Counted from the first letter of the stretch, positions 1 through 9,945 are shown. The stretch: DNA of 45,341 bases from Promethearchaeota archaeon (GCA_018238625.1 JABCSY010000022.1:1-45341), one strand, 5' to 3'. Notes: a model not told the origin generated them from the sequence alone. Numbers and translations are program-made.

Positions 1-536
1 TTTCTTACAGTAGGTTCCCCGCCCGTAAACATTATTGCTGGTGCAGGTATAGGCTTGCTTCTAAAATGTTTCATAATTCTGTCGATTTCTTCTAATGAAG
101 GTTCAATTAAATAACCTGCTTTCCCTACGTTAGCATAACAGAAGTTGCAGTTCATATTGCATCGATTAGTCAAGTCAATTAAAGCCAGAGAGCACGTCGA
201 TAGATGTTCTGAACAAAGTCCACAGTTATAAGGACACCCTCTCGGATCTTCTCCAATACAATCTGCGGGATTGGACTCTCCGTTCTTCTCAAACTGCCAA
301 ACGACATTTCCATCTTTGTCTTTCTTTTGGTAGTGCGTCCATTTATAATACTTTGCGCTTGAGCTTATGACATCCTTGAAATCACCGTGTTCAGGACAGG
401 TTTTATGCATATATATTTGCCCGTCATCCTCTTCTTGAACAACAGCTGGTATCCGTTCTAGACACTCCGGACATATGCTGAAAGTCTTTCTAAAATATTT
501 TTCGTTTAAATAATCTGTTCCGTCTAAATGATACAT
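1..536 (-). CDS. tes: Radical SAM protein of the tetraether lipid synthase (Tes/GDGT-MAS, MJ0619-like) family, 5' part; runs off the window start
   Basis: Hand translation from ATG at 536 (not in the ORF track): MYHLDGTDYLNEKYFRKTFSICPECLERIPAVV...KTCPEHGDF...GCPYNCGLCSEHLSTCSLALIDLTNRCNMNCNFCYAN...IMFTGGEPTVR. It has CxxC...CPEHG, CPxxCGLCxxH, CxxxCxxC and GGEPT motifs in the order typical of this family. Confidence 0.8.
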   Translation of the reverse strand, partial: MYHLDGTDYLNEKYFRKTFSICPECLERIPAVVQEEDDGQIYMHKTCPEHGDFKDVISSSAKYYKWTHYQKKDKDGNVVWQFEKNGESNPADCIGEDPRGCPYNCGLCSEHLSTCSLALIDLTNRCNMNCNFCYANVGKAGYLIEPSLEEIDRIMKHFRSKPIPAPAIMFTGGEPTVR

Positions 537-755
537 ATTACTTCATTTATTTTTTTTTTTTATAATTATACGAATTAATGGCGTTTTTATATAAAAAGAA
601 AATCCAATGATTGATATTATTACAAATACCTAGATTAAAGATCGTAAAGATTGTAGAATATGTTTTCTTGTTTTCTACTATCCTTTTATTATATAATAAT
701 CTCTAAATAATGTTAAGAATTTCCAAAATTTAGGTTTTGTATAACTTTTTCAACT

Positions 756-983
756 TTATTTTCCTTGAAAATTAGGTTTTCTTTTTTCAAGAAAAATTTT
801 TTACGTCTTCTTTAAAATCTTCTGTGCCAGCACTTATCTTTATATTTTCAGCTTCAAAATCTAAATGCTTTTCTAAATCATTGTTATACGAATTATTAAT
901 TAATTTTTTCGCGTTCGCAAATGCTATAGGAGGGACTTTACTTAATTTTACAGTAATTTTTTGACTTCATCTAACAAAACGTT
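756..983 (-). pseudogene. C-terminal remnant of an enoyl-CoA hydratase/isomerase (crotonase) gene, frameshifted
   Basis: Minus strand reads KITVKLSKVPPIAFANAKKLINNSYNNDLEKHLDFEAENIKISAGTEDFKEDVK, then after a 1-nt shift near 797-802 IFLEKRKPNFQGK*, a typical crotonase C-terminus. The 5' part is missing and the fragment abuts the pncB stop. Confidence 0.7.
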
Positions 984-2384
984 TTAATTTAGAGATTTAG
1001 AATATTTTCTCGTTAGTGAGTTAGTCAACTCTCTTAATTTTTTAGAAATTTTTAATTTAAAAACATGATTTTCATCTAAAGTTTTGTATTCGCCTGGTAA
1101 TTTTTTAATATTCTTTAGATAATACTGCTGAATTTCCATTATTTGAGGTATCTTGCAAATTAAGTTTCCTTTTTCCATTATCGGAATTAATAGAGCTTCT
1201 GAGTTCGTTGGCGCTTCGTCGTTGTCTAACACTAAGATGTCTTCTTTGAAAACCCCTCGTTCGTTATAAATCCTGTAAATTTGCTTCTTTCCGGGGTAAG
1301 TTAGTTTATCTTCGCTTATTTTTATTTTAGGTAGACCATTATATTCTATTAGTTTATACACACCTGAAATAGTTGGGTCGTCCCTAGATGTTGATAACTC
1401 GGTCCCAACGCCAAATGCATCGATAGGGGCGTTGTTATCAATAATGTGTTTAATCTTGTACTCGTTTAAATCAGAACTTGCAACGATTATAACTTCTTTA
1501 CAACCATTATCGTCTAAAATCTTGCGAACTTTTTTAGCGTGTTCAATGAGATCACCTGAGTCTATTCTTACCCCTTTTATGTTGTTTTCGTATTTACACG
1601 CGCTCTTTGCTGCTTTTTCGGTGTTGTAAGTGTCAATTAAAAGTATTGATTTCTTACCGTAAATTTTATAAAATAAATCGAAACTCTCTTTCTCATCGTC
1701 AAATCGTTGGACAAAACTATGGGCCATTGTACCGCTAGAATTAATATCCAACTCGAGGTCGGCAACAACGTTACTCGAACCGTTAAAACCCGCAATATAG
1801 CTAGCTCTTGCCGCGTAAACACCCGCAAGAGGGCTGTGAGACCTTCTGGTACCGAATTCAAGAAGAACCTTATCTAGAGCAATAGATTTTATTCGAGACG
1901 CTTTAGAGGCCACAATAGTTTGGTAATTAATGGTGTTCAATAAATACGTTTCTGCTAATTGAGCGTGAAACATAGGCCCTTGGACTCTCATAATGGGCTC
2001 TTGAGGAAAGAAAAAATTCCCTTCTTTCATTGCCCACACATCTAATTTAAACTTGAAGTTAGGCAAATAGTCGTCAAAAAAGCTTGAATCGATGTTTTTA
2101 AAAACTTCTTTTTTTCTCAAGAAATTAATTGTCTTTTCAGTAAATCTAGCGTTTTGTAAGTAGTAAATCGCTTGTTCTAAACCGGCGAAAATTAAGTAAT
2201 TGCGATTTTTAGGATATTTTCTGATAAAAAGATCAAAAACTGCGATATCGTTTTCTTCATTTCTACCGTTCTCCAAATTATCTTGATAGTAAGCTGCCCC
2301 CATAGTTAATTGATAAAAATCCGTAGCAAGGATAAAGTTAATATCGTTAATAAAACCAGACTTTGGCTCTCTCATTATTTTCAT
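984..2384 (-). CDS. pncB: Nicotinate phosphoribosyltransferase
   Basis: TDFYQLTM, EFGTRR, GTMAHS, LIDTY, GVRIDSGD, DAFGVGT and GVYKL motifs. Confidence 0.93.
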   Translation of the reverse strand: MKIMREPKSGFINDINFILATDFYQLTMGAAYYQDNLENGRNEENDIAVFDLFIRKYPKNRNYLIFAGLEQAIYYLQNARFTEKTINFLRKKEVFKNIDSSFFDDYLPNFKFKLDVWAMKEGNFFFPQEPIMRVQGPMFHAQLAETYLLNTINYQTIVASKASRIKSIALDKVLLEFGTRRSHSPLAGVYAARASYIAGFNGSSNVVADLELDINSSGTMAHSFVQRFDDEKESFDLFYKIYGKKSILLIDTYNTEKAAKSACKYENNIKGVRIDSGDLIEHAKKVRKILDDNGCKEVIIVASSDLNEYKIKHIIDNNAPIDAFGVGTELSTSRDDPTISGVYKLIEYNGLPKIKISEDKLTYPGKKQIYRIYNERGVFKEDILVLDNDEAPTNSEALLIPIMEKGNLICKIPQIMEIQQYYLKNIKKLPGEYKTLDENHVFKLKISKKLRELTNSLTRKYSKSLN

Positions 2385-2390
2385 CTTAAA

Positions 2391-3404
2391 TTAAATTTTT
2401 GAAAGTTTGGTAACTCTCTTCAAAATTAAACCCCAAAAATTATCTTTATTTACACCACCACTGCATGTTATTTTATCTCCAACGTTTAATCCAACGTTTA
2501 ATTCAACCTTCTCGTAAGCATTATCGCTGACTCTTAATTTTATGTCATTGATCTTAATAGTATCCTCTTCGCGATAATCTTTAGGTTTTTTTAATTGAGG
2601 TCCAAATTTTACATCTTTTAGAGAAATTATATAGTAAATCGTTACATTACCTTGAAAATCAGATTCTCTTTTCAAAATCTTAGTAATCTCCCCTTCGTAA
2701 ACTGTGATTCTACTGTTGATATGTTTCGTTAACTGAAAATCGGCTGAATTTTCGTTAACCATGCTTACAGCTTTTCCTGACTCCTTAGATTTAACTCCGG
2801 AAGTCGTTGTCGCAGAAATTTTTATCGTAGATATTTTTGTTTCGAAATTCTTTGGTAAAACAGTTAGCTTCCAATCTGATATTTTAAAATAATTTTGTTT
2901 GAGGGAAAGAATAAAACCGACCCAAAAGTGACTACAAAACCCCATATTTGAGCCTATTCTACAATCGCAGTCGCGTTCAGGGTCAGAGATATTTTCTGGC
3001 GTTATAGATAAATAGGAAGAAACCTCCCAGTTAAAACCCTTGAATAACAATTCGATTTCGTGGTTTTTTTCATTAACAATCTTTATAACACTTAATGTTT
3101 CGCGATAATCATCGTTTATTATTTTGATTGCTGTTTGAATTTCGTTCGAAATAATTTCTAATTCTTTTTGCTCCAACAATTCTTTAAGTTCTTCTTCTGC
3201 TAACGAATCAAGTATGAAGTCAACTAGTTCTGTTTTTTTGAGTTTTGAATACCCCTTTAATTCAAAATCCCTACACATTTGCTTTAAGTCGTTAATGTTT
3301 AAAGATTGAAGTAAATAATTCAAATAAATTTTATCGTCTAATTTTTTACTCAATATTTTCACACTCAATTTATTGCTATTAGTTATTTCTATATTATTTT
3401 CCAA
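2391..3404 (-). CDS. Hypothetical nucleic-acid-binding protein: SAP/Rho-N-like helix pair, SWIM-type Zn finger and beta-rich (OB-like) C-terminus
   Basis: LNINDLKQMCRDFELKGYSKLKKTELVDFI (SAP/Rho-N-like); CDCRIGSNMGFCSH (CxC-x8-CxH, SWIM-like); ends 6 bp before the pncB start. Confidence 0.6.
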   Translation of the reverse strand: MENNIEITNSNKLSVKILSKKLDDKIYLNYLLQSLNINDLKQMCRDFELKGYSKLKKTELVDFILDSLAEEELKELLEQKELEIISNEIQTAIKIINDDYRETLSVIKIVNEKNHEIELLFKGFNWEVSSYLSITPENISDPERDCDCRIGSNMGFCSHFWVGFILSLKQNYFKISDWKLTVLPKNFETKISTIKISATTTSGVKSKESGKAVSMVNENSADFQLTKHINSRITVYEGEITKILKRESDFQGNVTIYYIISLKDVKFGPQLKKPKDYREEDTIKINDIKLRVSDNAYEKVELNVGLNVGDKITCSGGVNKDNFWGLILKRVTKLSKI

Positions 3405-3761
3405 TAATTAAATTATATTTTCTTATTTAAGTATGATTATCAATTAATTATCTAAAAACTATTATTACTATGTTCTAATACTAAAATCTCATATATATGT
3501 TAGCCTAAGATAGATTAATATAATTATTTTTATGTTCGAAAAAAGAAAAACTGATTATCAAAATCTTCAATTGATTACTAATTTTTTGCTGAAATCAAAA
3601 CGAAAAAGTGGGAAAACTTTCGGAAAATAAGTTTTTCATAACTTTACTTGTATGAAATTAACCATAAGATTTAAAAACCAAATTATCCATTTATGATCTA
3701 ATCATTTATTTATTTGTATAGAATAGTATTTGATTAAAAAGAATTAGATGTGAAAAAAAAA

Positions 3762-3971
3762 ATGAGTGATAGTACACCAGAATACTTGAAATTCTTTGGT
3801 GAAATTAAATTCGCAGAAGAAAGAAGTTTAAGCGCAAGCGATTTTGAAAGCTCTCTTAATAGTTATTTTTCGAAAGAGAAAAAACTTCCACAAGGGCGCT
3901 ATAAATTTGCTGAACTTAACAATTCTAGCACTAAAGATTTTGAAGATTCCTTCAATAGTTATTTTGAATAA
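3762..3971 (+). CDS. Small hypothetical protein with an internal duplication
   Basis: ORF 3750/3762-3971 has two copies of KFAE-x7-DFExSxNSYF and is followed by a T-rich tract. Confidence 0.55.
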   Translation: MSDSTPEYLKFFGEIKFAEERSLSASDFESSLNSYFSKEKKLPQGRYKFAELNNSSTKDFEDSFNSYFE

Positions 3972-4222
3972 AGAATTACAGATTTTTTTTAAAATTCTCT
4001 TTATATTTTAATTTTTATTTATATTACCTTTTATTTCATCATTTGATACTCCTTATCTAAAGCCTTATTTATTGACTAACAGCCTCTATTATCGTTATTT
4101 TCATAATTAAACAAAATTACATATAAAAATTATAATTTTAAATATAAGGCTCTAATTTATAATCAAAGAAAATCAATTGAAATTAAGGTACTTATTATAG
4201 GCAACTATTTTGGTCGAATATT

Positions 4223-5068
4223 ATGGAATTATTTAGTATTGGCGAAGAGAAATTCATCGAAACGAACGGAGTAAAGCTCCATACTGTTATAGTTGGGGAG
4301 GGCGAGCCTTTAATCTTGCTCCACGGATTCCCCGATTTTTGGTTTGGTTGGAAAAACGTAATTCTTGGGCTAAAAAAAGATTATAAGCTAATTATCCCTG
4401 ATATGCGCGGCTATAACTTATCTGACAAACCTAAAGGCGTTGATAATTATAAAATGGATGTTTTAGTTGAGGATATTAGAGGGTTAATTGAGTCTCTAAA
4501 CTTAGGTAGCGTTTTTCTCGCAGGACACGATTGGGGCGGTGTTGTAGCGTGGGCGTTCGCCGAAAAACATCCTAAATTAGTACGAAAGTTAGCAATTTTA
4601 AATGCTCCTCACATGAAGATATTCCAAGAAAGGTTGCGCTCAGATAAAAAACAACAAAAAGCTAGTTTTTACATATTTGAATTTCTCAAACCCGATGGAG
4701 AAAAATTTCTTTTTAAAGACGATTTTAAGTGGTTAAGATTCGCAGTTTTTGAAGGATTGATAAATAAAAAAGGTTTTACTGATTTTGACAAGAAAAAATA
4801 TTTAGAAGCGTGGGCAAAACCGGGCGCGATTTTAGGAGGGGTTAATTATTACAGGGCCAATGTAAGTTTTAGCGATTGGACAGGGAAAATAACAGTCCCC
4901 ACTTTAGTCATCCATGGAATGAAAGATGTAGCCGTGTTATCGTCGGTCTTGAATGGACTACCTGATTATGTAGCTGACCTAAAAATTGTCCGTGCTGAAA
5001 ATTCTTCACATTGGGTTATGCACGATGAGCCTGAATTAATCAATTCATCATTTAAAGAATTTTTCTAA
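4223..5068 (+). CDS. Alpha/beta hydrolase, epoxide hydrolase-like
   Basis: LLHGFP, PDMRGYNLSD, GHDWGG nucleophile Asp, NYYRA and SHWV motifs. Confidence 0.9.
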   Translation: MELFSIGEEKFIETNGVKLHTVIVGEGEPLILLHGFPDFWFGWKNVILGLKKDYKLIIPDMRGYNLSDKPKGVDNYKMDVLVEDIRGLIESLNLGSVFLAGHDWGGVVAWAFAEKHPKLVRKLAILNAPHMKIFQERLRSDKKQQKASFYIFEFLKPDGEKFLFKDDFKWLRFAVFEGLINKKGFTDFDKKKYLEAWAKPGAILGGVNYYRANVSFSDWTGKITVPTLVIHGMKDVAVLSSVLNGLPDYVADLKIVRAENSSHWVMHDEPELINSSFKEFF

Positions 5069-5275
5069 TTTTTACCGCTTAACATTCATTGAAATTACTT
5101 AAAATTAACAATGATTAAACCAAACTTTTGGAATATCCACTAATGTTTCGATATTTCGAATTAATATAATAGATAGCATAGATTTAAATGTTTACGTTTT
5201 TTGTTTAAAAATATAAGATAAAGGTTTAACTTTTATCCGAAATTATGTTAATAGAAAAACTTAATTTTTAAAAAC

Positions 5276-5728
5276 ATGTCAGAAAAAGAAGCTTGGGCTT
5301 ATCAACTTGATTGGTTGAATATTATTCATCTTATGGGTTTAGATACAATTCACCAAATCCCAGAATATAAGAGAGAAAAGGTAGTAAAGAAATTAACAAA
5401 ATTATATGATACAGAATTGTTACTATCTTTTTCCCCTAGCGAATTGGACGAATTAGTAGCAAATGAGTTAAATATCCTTATGAAAAAGGAATTAATGTCG
5501 CATGAAAAACAAAAAAAGAAAATTGAAAAGCAATTAAGAAGTAACATGGGGCCTTTAAAACAACGGATAATTCCAATCGATATGAACGACTTAAAAGATT
5601 TAAATCCAGCAGACATAGAAGATATAAAGAAGTTTTTCACTAAAATGATAATGGGTAAAGAGGACGAAGACGATAACGACGACGACAACGATACGAACCT
5701 AGACGATAAAACTGGATATTATATTTAA
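5276..5728 (+). CDS. Hypothetical protein with acidic tail
   Basis: 150-aa ATG ORF, helical, Asp-rich C-terminus ending GYYI; no family recognised. Confidence 0.7.
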   Translation: MSEKEAWAYQLDWLNIIHLMGLDTIHQIPEYKREKVVKKLTKLYDTELLLSFSPSELDELVANELNILMKKELMSHEKQKKKIEKQLRSNMGPLKQRIIPIDMNDLKDLNPADIEDIKKFFTKMIMGKEDEDDNDDDNDTNLDDKTGYYI

Positions 5729-5757
5729 ACTGATTTTATAAATATTAAAAAAAGAAA

Positions 5758-7347
5758 TTAATAAATTTTTCCCCTTAACCGTTTTAATTCTACTTTTTTT
5801 GCCTTCTTGTAAAATAGGGCGAATGTTAAATATACTATAGATGACCAAATTATCCAAGATAGGGCTTGATAAATATCTATGTTTAAGAGATAATTAATAA
5901 ATCCTTCTACGATGTAAAGTCCTGAATCTCTCGAATCTCCGGGAAATATAAAAGTTTTAGAATAAAACTGAATGGCAACAGCTTCATGTGTATTATTTCT
6001 CAAGTTTTTGAAAATATTTTCAATCGTTTTATTATTTGGAACATCTAATTTTAATCTAATAAAAGTGTTTAGGTCTTCGTTAGTGTGAATGTCAGACCCC
6101 GCCATGCAAATTAAATTGTTATCCAAGCAAAATTGACGTATCTCCGTATACTTGGTATAACCCCCTCCATTAATGATTTCAAAACCATCGACGCCCCAAT
6201 CGCGCAACTGTTCAAGCGTATGTGGTGCTCCAGACCTATCTTGGTAATTATAATGGTTTACCGTTATAAAACCACCGTTATCTTTTACATAACTTATTAA
6301 ATCAGAGGCATTCATCGCTTTAGGTCCCCCTGGGGTATAAGATTCAAGAGGTACTATCTCTTCTTCTATTCCAAAGTAATTCATATGAATTTCTGGATCT
6401 GGTTCGTGATTTGTCCATTCTTCTGCTATCCAGACTGTAAAATCCAATCCATTTTTCTCAACAAATGCTCTAGCGGCTAAAGCCCCTCTAATGTTATCGT
6501 GATCGGAAAATGCCGCTCCAGAAATCCCGTGTTCAATGTACCATAAAACTCTCTCTTCGGGTGTAAGCCATCCGTCAGAAAAGGTTGTGTGGACGTGAAA
6601 GTCAAACAAAAACTCGTCGTCGTCAAGAGGAGTAATTGGGATTATTTTATGGGTTGGAAATTGAATTGACAATAAAATAACGTTAGAACCAAGTAATAAC
6701 AATAAAATTCCGGCAAAATAAACGAATTCTTTCTTCAAATTCGCGGTAATTTTTCTATTTCCTTTTTCTAATTTAGCAGCAAAATTAAATTTAAGCCTTG
6801 GATGGAATAATTTTAAAAGAGAACACCCTGCTTTAATTGAAATTAATATAGCGCTGAAGTGTATTCCAATTTGAACTGGGACCATAAAGTATCTATTAGC
6901 AAAGAAAAATCCTTGAATTAAGTAGCCTACTAGTACTATTAGTAAAATTGCTACAAGCGTTATAGAAAGGACTTTAAACGAAAAATAAATGAAATCTGTT
7001 AATAAACTTTTTAAATAGTTGTATTTGCTTGAGTTTAATTTGCCCGATTTTCTTAAGAACAAATAAATAACGCGTAGAATAGGGTACATTATTAAATACA
7101 AGAAAAGCCAAGTAAATCGGTATTCTAAAATGAAAGCAATTGTTGCAAAGGGTTCAAAAATGTACCTTAAAAATGGCAAAAAGCTAAAATAATCAGAAGA
7201 AACGTCGGTTTGTCCAAGAGCATCCCAAAAAACGACTTCCCTACGATTAAATATTGCCAAAAAAGCTAAAATAATAATCCAAATTGAAAAGAACAGAGTT
7301 CCTATTGAAAAAACTTTGTTTTTACAAAATAGAGTCTTTAAACGCAT
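5758..7347 (-). CDS. Membrane-anchored PHP-domain metallophosphoesterase
   Basis: Several N-terminal hydrophobic segments, then DFHVHTTFSDG, SDHD, EEW, HMN, NH and GSDIH PHP motifs, plus a C-terminal TM segment. Confidence 0.8.
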   Translation of the reverse strand: MRLKTLFCKNKVFSIGTLFFSIWIIILAFLAIFNRREVVFWDALGQTDVSSDYFSFLPFLRYIFEPFATIAFILEYRFTWLFLYLIMYPILRVIYLFLRKSGKLNSSKYNYLKSLLTDFIYFSFKVLSITLVAILLIVLVGYLIQGFFFANRYFMVPVQIGIHFSAILISIKAGCSLLKLFHPRLKFNFAAKLEKGNRKITANLKKEFVYFAGILLLLLGSNVILLSIQFPTHKIIPITPLDDDEFLFDFHVHTTFSDGWLTPEERVLWYIEHGISGAAFSDHDNIRGALAARAFVEKNGLDFTVWIAEEWTNHEPDPEIHMNYFGIEEEIVPLESYTPGGPKAMNASDLISYVKDNGGFITVNHYNYQDRSGAPHTLEQLRDWGVDGFEIINGGGYTKYTEIRQFCLDNNLICMAGSDIHTNEDLNTFIRLKLDVPNNKTIENIFKNLRNNTHEAVAIQFYSKTFIFPGDSRDSGLYIVEGFINYLLNIDIYQALSWIIWSSIVYLTFALFYKKAKKVELKRLRGKIY

Positions 7348-7435
7348 AATTATAAATTTGCTTTTATCCTTTAAAATATTTTTAATTAATTGAATAGCTC
7401 TTCAAATTTTCTTAGATAAAGGAACTTATTTTATT

Positions 7436-8656
7436 TCAAGTAAAATACAGCTTTTCTTTTAAAGAACTATTTATTTGTTTAAGCAGTTGTCGTTTAACTC
7501 CGTTGTCGAACTCATAGTGTTTCGTATTTAAAAAATTCTCAAGCAATTCCCTATTTAAGTTTGGATAATCGTTATTTTTTACCCAACTAATTGCTTCTTC
7601 TATTAACTTACCATCTCCACCACCAATAAACGCGGGTAAGTAAAAATCTGCGATTATTTTAGAAGAATAGAGCGTTCTAACGTATAAGCCTTTATGCTCT
7701 AAATTACGATATAAATGAGGAACTTTTTCCGAAAGGGTATCTATTACAACATTTTTGCCAGCTTTTTGGATTTTTTTGTATAACGGAATCCATTCTTCCG
7801 ATCCTTGTGGTTGCCGACCTGCTCCGGGTACCCATTGAATACCTGTTAAGTGTGAGATAGATAAAAAATCGTCCAAAAACGGAATTTGGTAAGGACCGTC
7901 CATATGATAAATTGCGTAATCCATGTGTTCGATTTGAGTAATTATATCGGGTAATACAAATCTTTTAAACCATTTTGGGTTAAGCATCGCGATAAAATCA
8001 CATTGAACGGGGTACCAACTTTTTCTACACCAGACATTTAGCCAAGCATTGAAGCCTTTGCAATCCTTCTGAATTATTTCATAAAGCTTATCGTAGATTT
8101 TTATTAACTTTTCAAGTATTATTTCTCGACAAGCGTCTATTATGTGTGGATTACGTTTCATAGTTAGTAATAGATTAGTTGGCCCTAAGAACGAGGAAAG
8201 AATATCTAAAACCCCTCCTAGATCTGTGATTGAAACCTGATAATTTTCTTTCGCTCTTTTTACAGCATACTCCGTGATTCTAAGAATCCTTGAATACCAT
8301 TCGTTATTCTGGTTTAATTTTACGCTTTCAAGTAGAGATATTACTTCTTCAGGTTTGGTTGGACGATTAAACCAAATAGTTTCAGATTGAAATTTTGGTT
8401 CAACGCCAAAAATAGCCGCAACTATGCCGGGGCCGTAATTTGGAAAATAAGAAGGTATTGCTTCTCCACCATAAAAAGTCTTTTCCGCATTTTTCTCAAA
8501 ACTATCAATAGATTCCTCGATACCCTCTGGGTTTTTAGCTAACCTCCAGTCTTGCCCAAGAGCGTCTAAATAACCTCCAATGGCTGCCCTCTTCTTCGAA
8601 AAATAGTACGATATAACCGGACGATCGACTACCTCGTGGTCCCACCACGCATCCAT
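7436..8656 (-). CDS. Uroporphyrinogen decarboxylase-like / corrinoid methyltransferase (MtaA/CmuA-fold) family protein; true start may be ~39 nt upstream
   Basis: NYGPG, TDLGGVLDIL, QCDF..M..PKWFKRFVLP, YHMDGP and IQWVPGAG motifs. Confidence 0.7.
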   Translation of the reverse strand: MDAWWDHEVVDRPVISYYFSKKRAAIGGYLDALGQDWRLAKNPEGIEESIDSFEKNAEKTFYGGEAIPSYFPNYGPGIVAAIFGVEPKFQSETIWFNRPTKPEEVISLLESVKLNQNNEWYSRILRITEYAVKRAKENYQVSITDLGGVLDILSSFLGPTNLLLTMKRNPHIIDACREIILEKLIKIYDKLYEIIQKDCKGFNAWLNVWCRKSWYPVQCDFIAMLNPKWFKRFVLPDIITQIEHMDYAIYHMDGPYQIPFLDDFLSISHLTGIQWVPGAGRQPQGSEEWIPLYKKIQKAGKNVVIDTLSEKVPHLYRNLEHKGLYVRTLYSSKIIADFYLPAFIGGGDGKLIEEAISWVKNNDYPNLNRELLENFLNTKHYEFDNGVKRQLLKQINSSLKEKLYFT

Positions 8657-8795
8657 GCGTTCTTTCGATTCTTCGATATCCTCTTTTAATAACGTAAAGA
8701 CACACCTATTATCAATTTGAATAAATTATATGGCAAAATTATTAATCTTTTTTGAATTATTCGAATTATTTTATTACGATAAATAATTAATTAGA

Positions 8796-9380
8796 ATGAA
8801 ACAAGTTAAAGGAATAAGATACGAAACAGGTGTAATTCACGGAAGGCTCCAAATACTCCATAACGATCATGTGAAGTTTCTCCTAGCAGGAAAAAAACTA
8901 TGTAATCATTTAATCGTAGGAATTACCAATCCTGACCCTACCCTAACTAAAGCTCACGATTCAAACCCTCATCGCAGTACGTTTATCGCAAACCCATTGA
9001 CTTACTATGAACGCTATGTAATGGTAAGAGAAACTTTATTAGAAAAAGGTTTGGAATTATCAGAATTCTCTATTGTACCGTTCCCCATAAATTTACCTGA
9101 ACTATTAAAATATTACGTTCCCATGGATGTGGCGTTTTTCCTCTCGATTTACGACGATTGGGGGCGACAAAAGAAAAAATATTTGGAATCCTTAGGGTTA
9201 AAAGTTCATGTTTTATGGGATGTACAGTTAGAGGAAAAGGGATTAAGTGGTAGCGATATTCGCGATTCAATGCTAAAAGGAGAACCTTGGGAACAATTCT
9301 TGCCCACTGCTGTAGTCAAACTCGTTAAAAAATGGGATGTCATAAAACGAATTAGTGAATTAAGCAAAAAAGAATTTTAA
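8796..9380 (+). CDS. Nicotinamide/nicotinate-nucleotide adenylyltransferase (cytidylyltransferase superfamily)
   Basis: HGRLQILHNDH (HxGH-like), VGITNPD, NPLTYYER and SGSDIR motifs. Confidence 0.8.
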   Translation: MKQVKGIRYETGVIHGRLQILHNDHVKFLLAGKKLCNHLIVGITNPDPTLTKAHDSNPHRSTFIANPLTYYERYVMVRETLLEKGLELSEFSIVPFPINLPELLKYYVPMDVAFFLSIYDDWGRQKKKYLESLGLKVHVLWDVQLEEKGLSGSDIRDSMLKGEPWEQFLPTAVVKLVKKWDVIKRISELSKKEF

Positions 9381-9847
9381 TCTGTTAAAGAATTTTCTAA
9401 TTTATTTAAAATAAAATTTCGAAAATCTTTTCTAGAAAAGTCTGCTTGACCAAACTGGATTATTTCACTCGCAAGATTACCATTAAAGTCTTCATTTTGT
9501 TCGATTATTCTCATATGTCTGTCTACAATAGCAGCACCTAAAATTAGACTATAAGTATAGAAAGAAAGCATTCCTGCGTTAGACTCTTTAATTTTTCCAT
9601 CATTAATTCCATTCTGTATAACTTTTGCTGTACCCTTTAAAAAATTGAATTTTCGATATTCCTTTTCAAAAGGACCCATTTTATCAGAAGAAGGAGCCTC
9701 AATAAGATGCATCATACTAAAAGCTCCAAAATCTTTATCAGCAAACTGTAAAAAGTGTTCAAAAATCTTCATTAAAAGATTGATTGTTGATGTATTATGA
9801 TTTTTAATAATTTCGATATTTTCATTTCTATCTATAAAAATATTAAA
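9377..9847 (-). pseudogene. Probable C-terminal (ligand-binding) part of a TetR-family regulator lacking the HTH
   Basis: 131-aa ORF from 9772 with VIQNGINDGKIKE..A..LS (TetR C-terminal pattern); the frame is open only to ~9847 with no HTH or upstream start. Confidence 0.45.
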
Positions 9848-9945
9848 TTAGTTATAAAAATTGAAAAAAATCTTTTATAATCTAAGAACGAGTAAAAACG
9901 ATGCTACAATAAAATAAAAAATAAAAATAAAGTAGATTAAGTTTC

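Noticed and set aside
290-340. Hairpin in the tes-like gene (CCAAA/UUUGG, GACA/UGUC) as an intron
   Set aside because: No opposing 3-nt bulges with stable flanking helices; the frame is open
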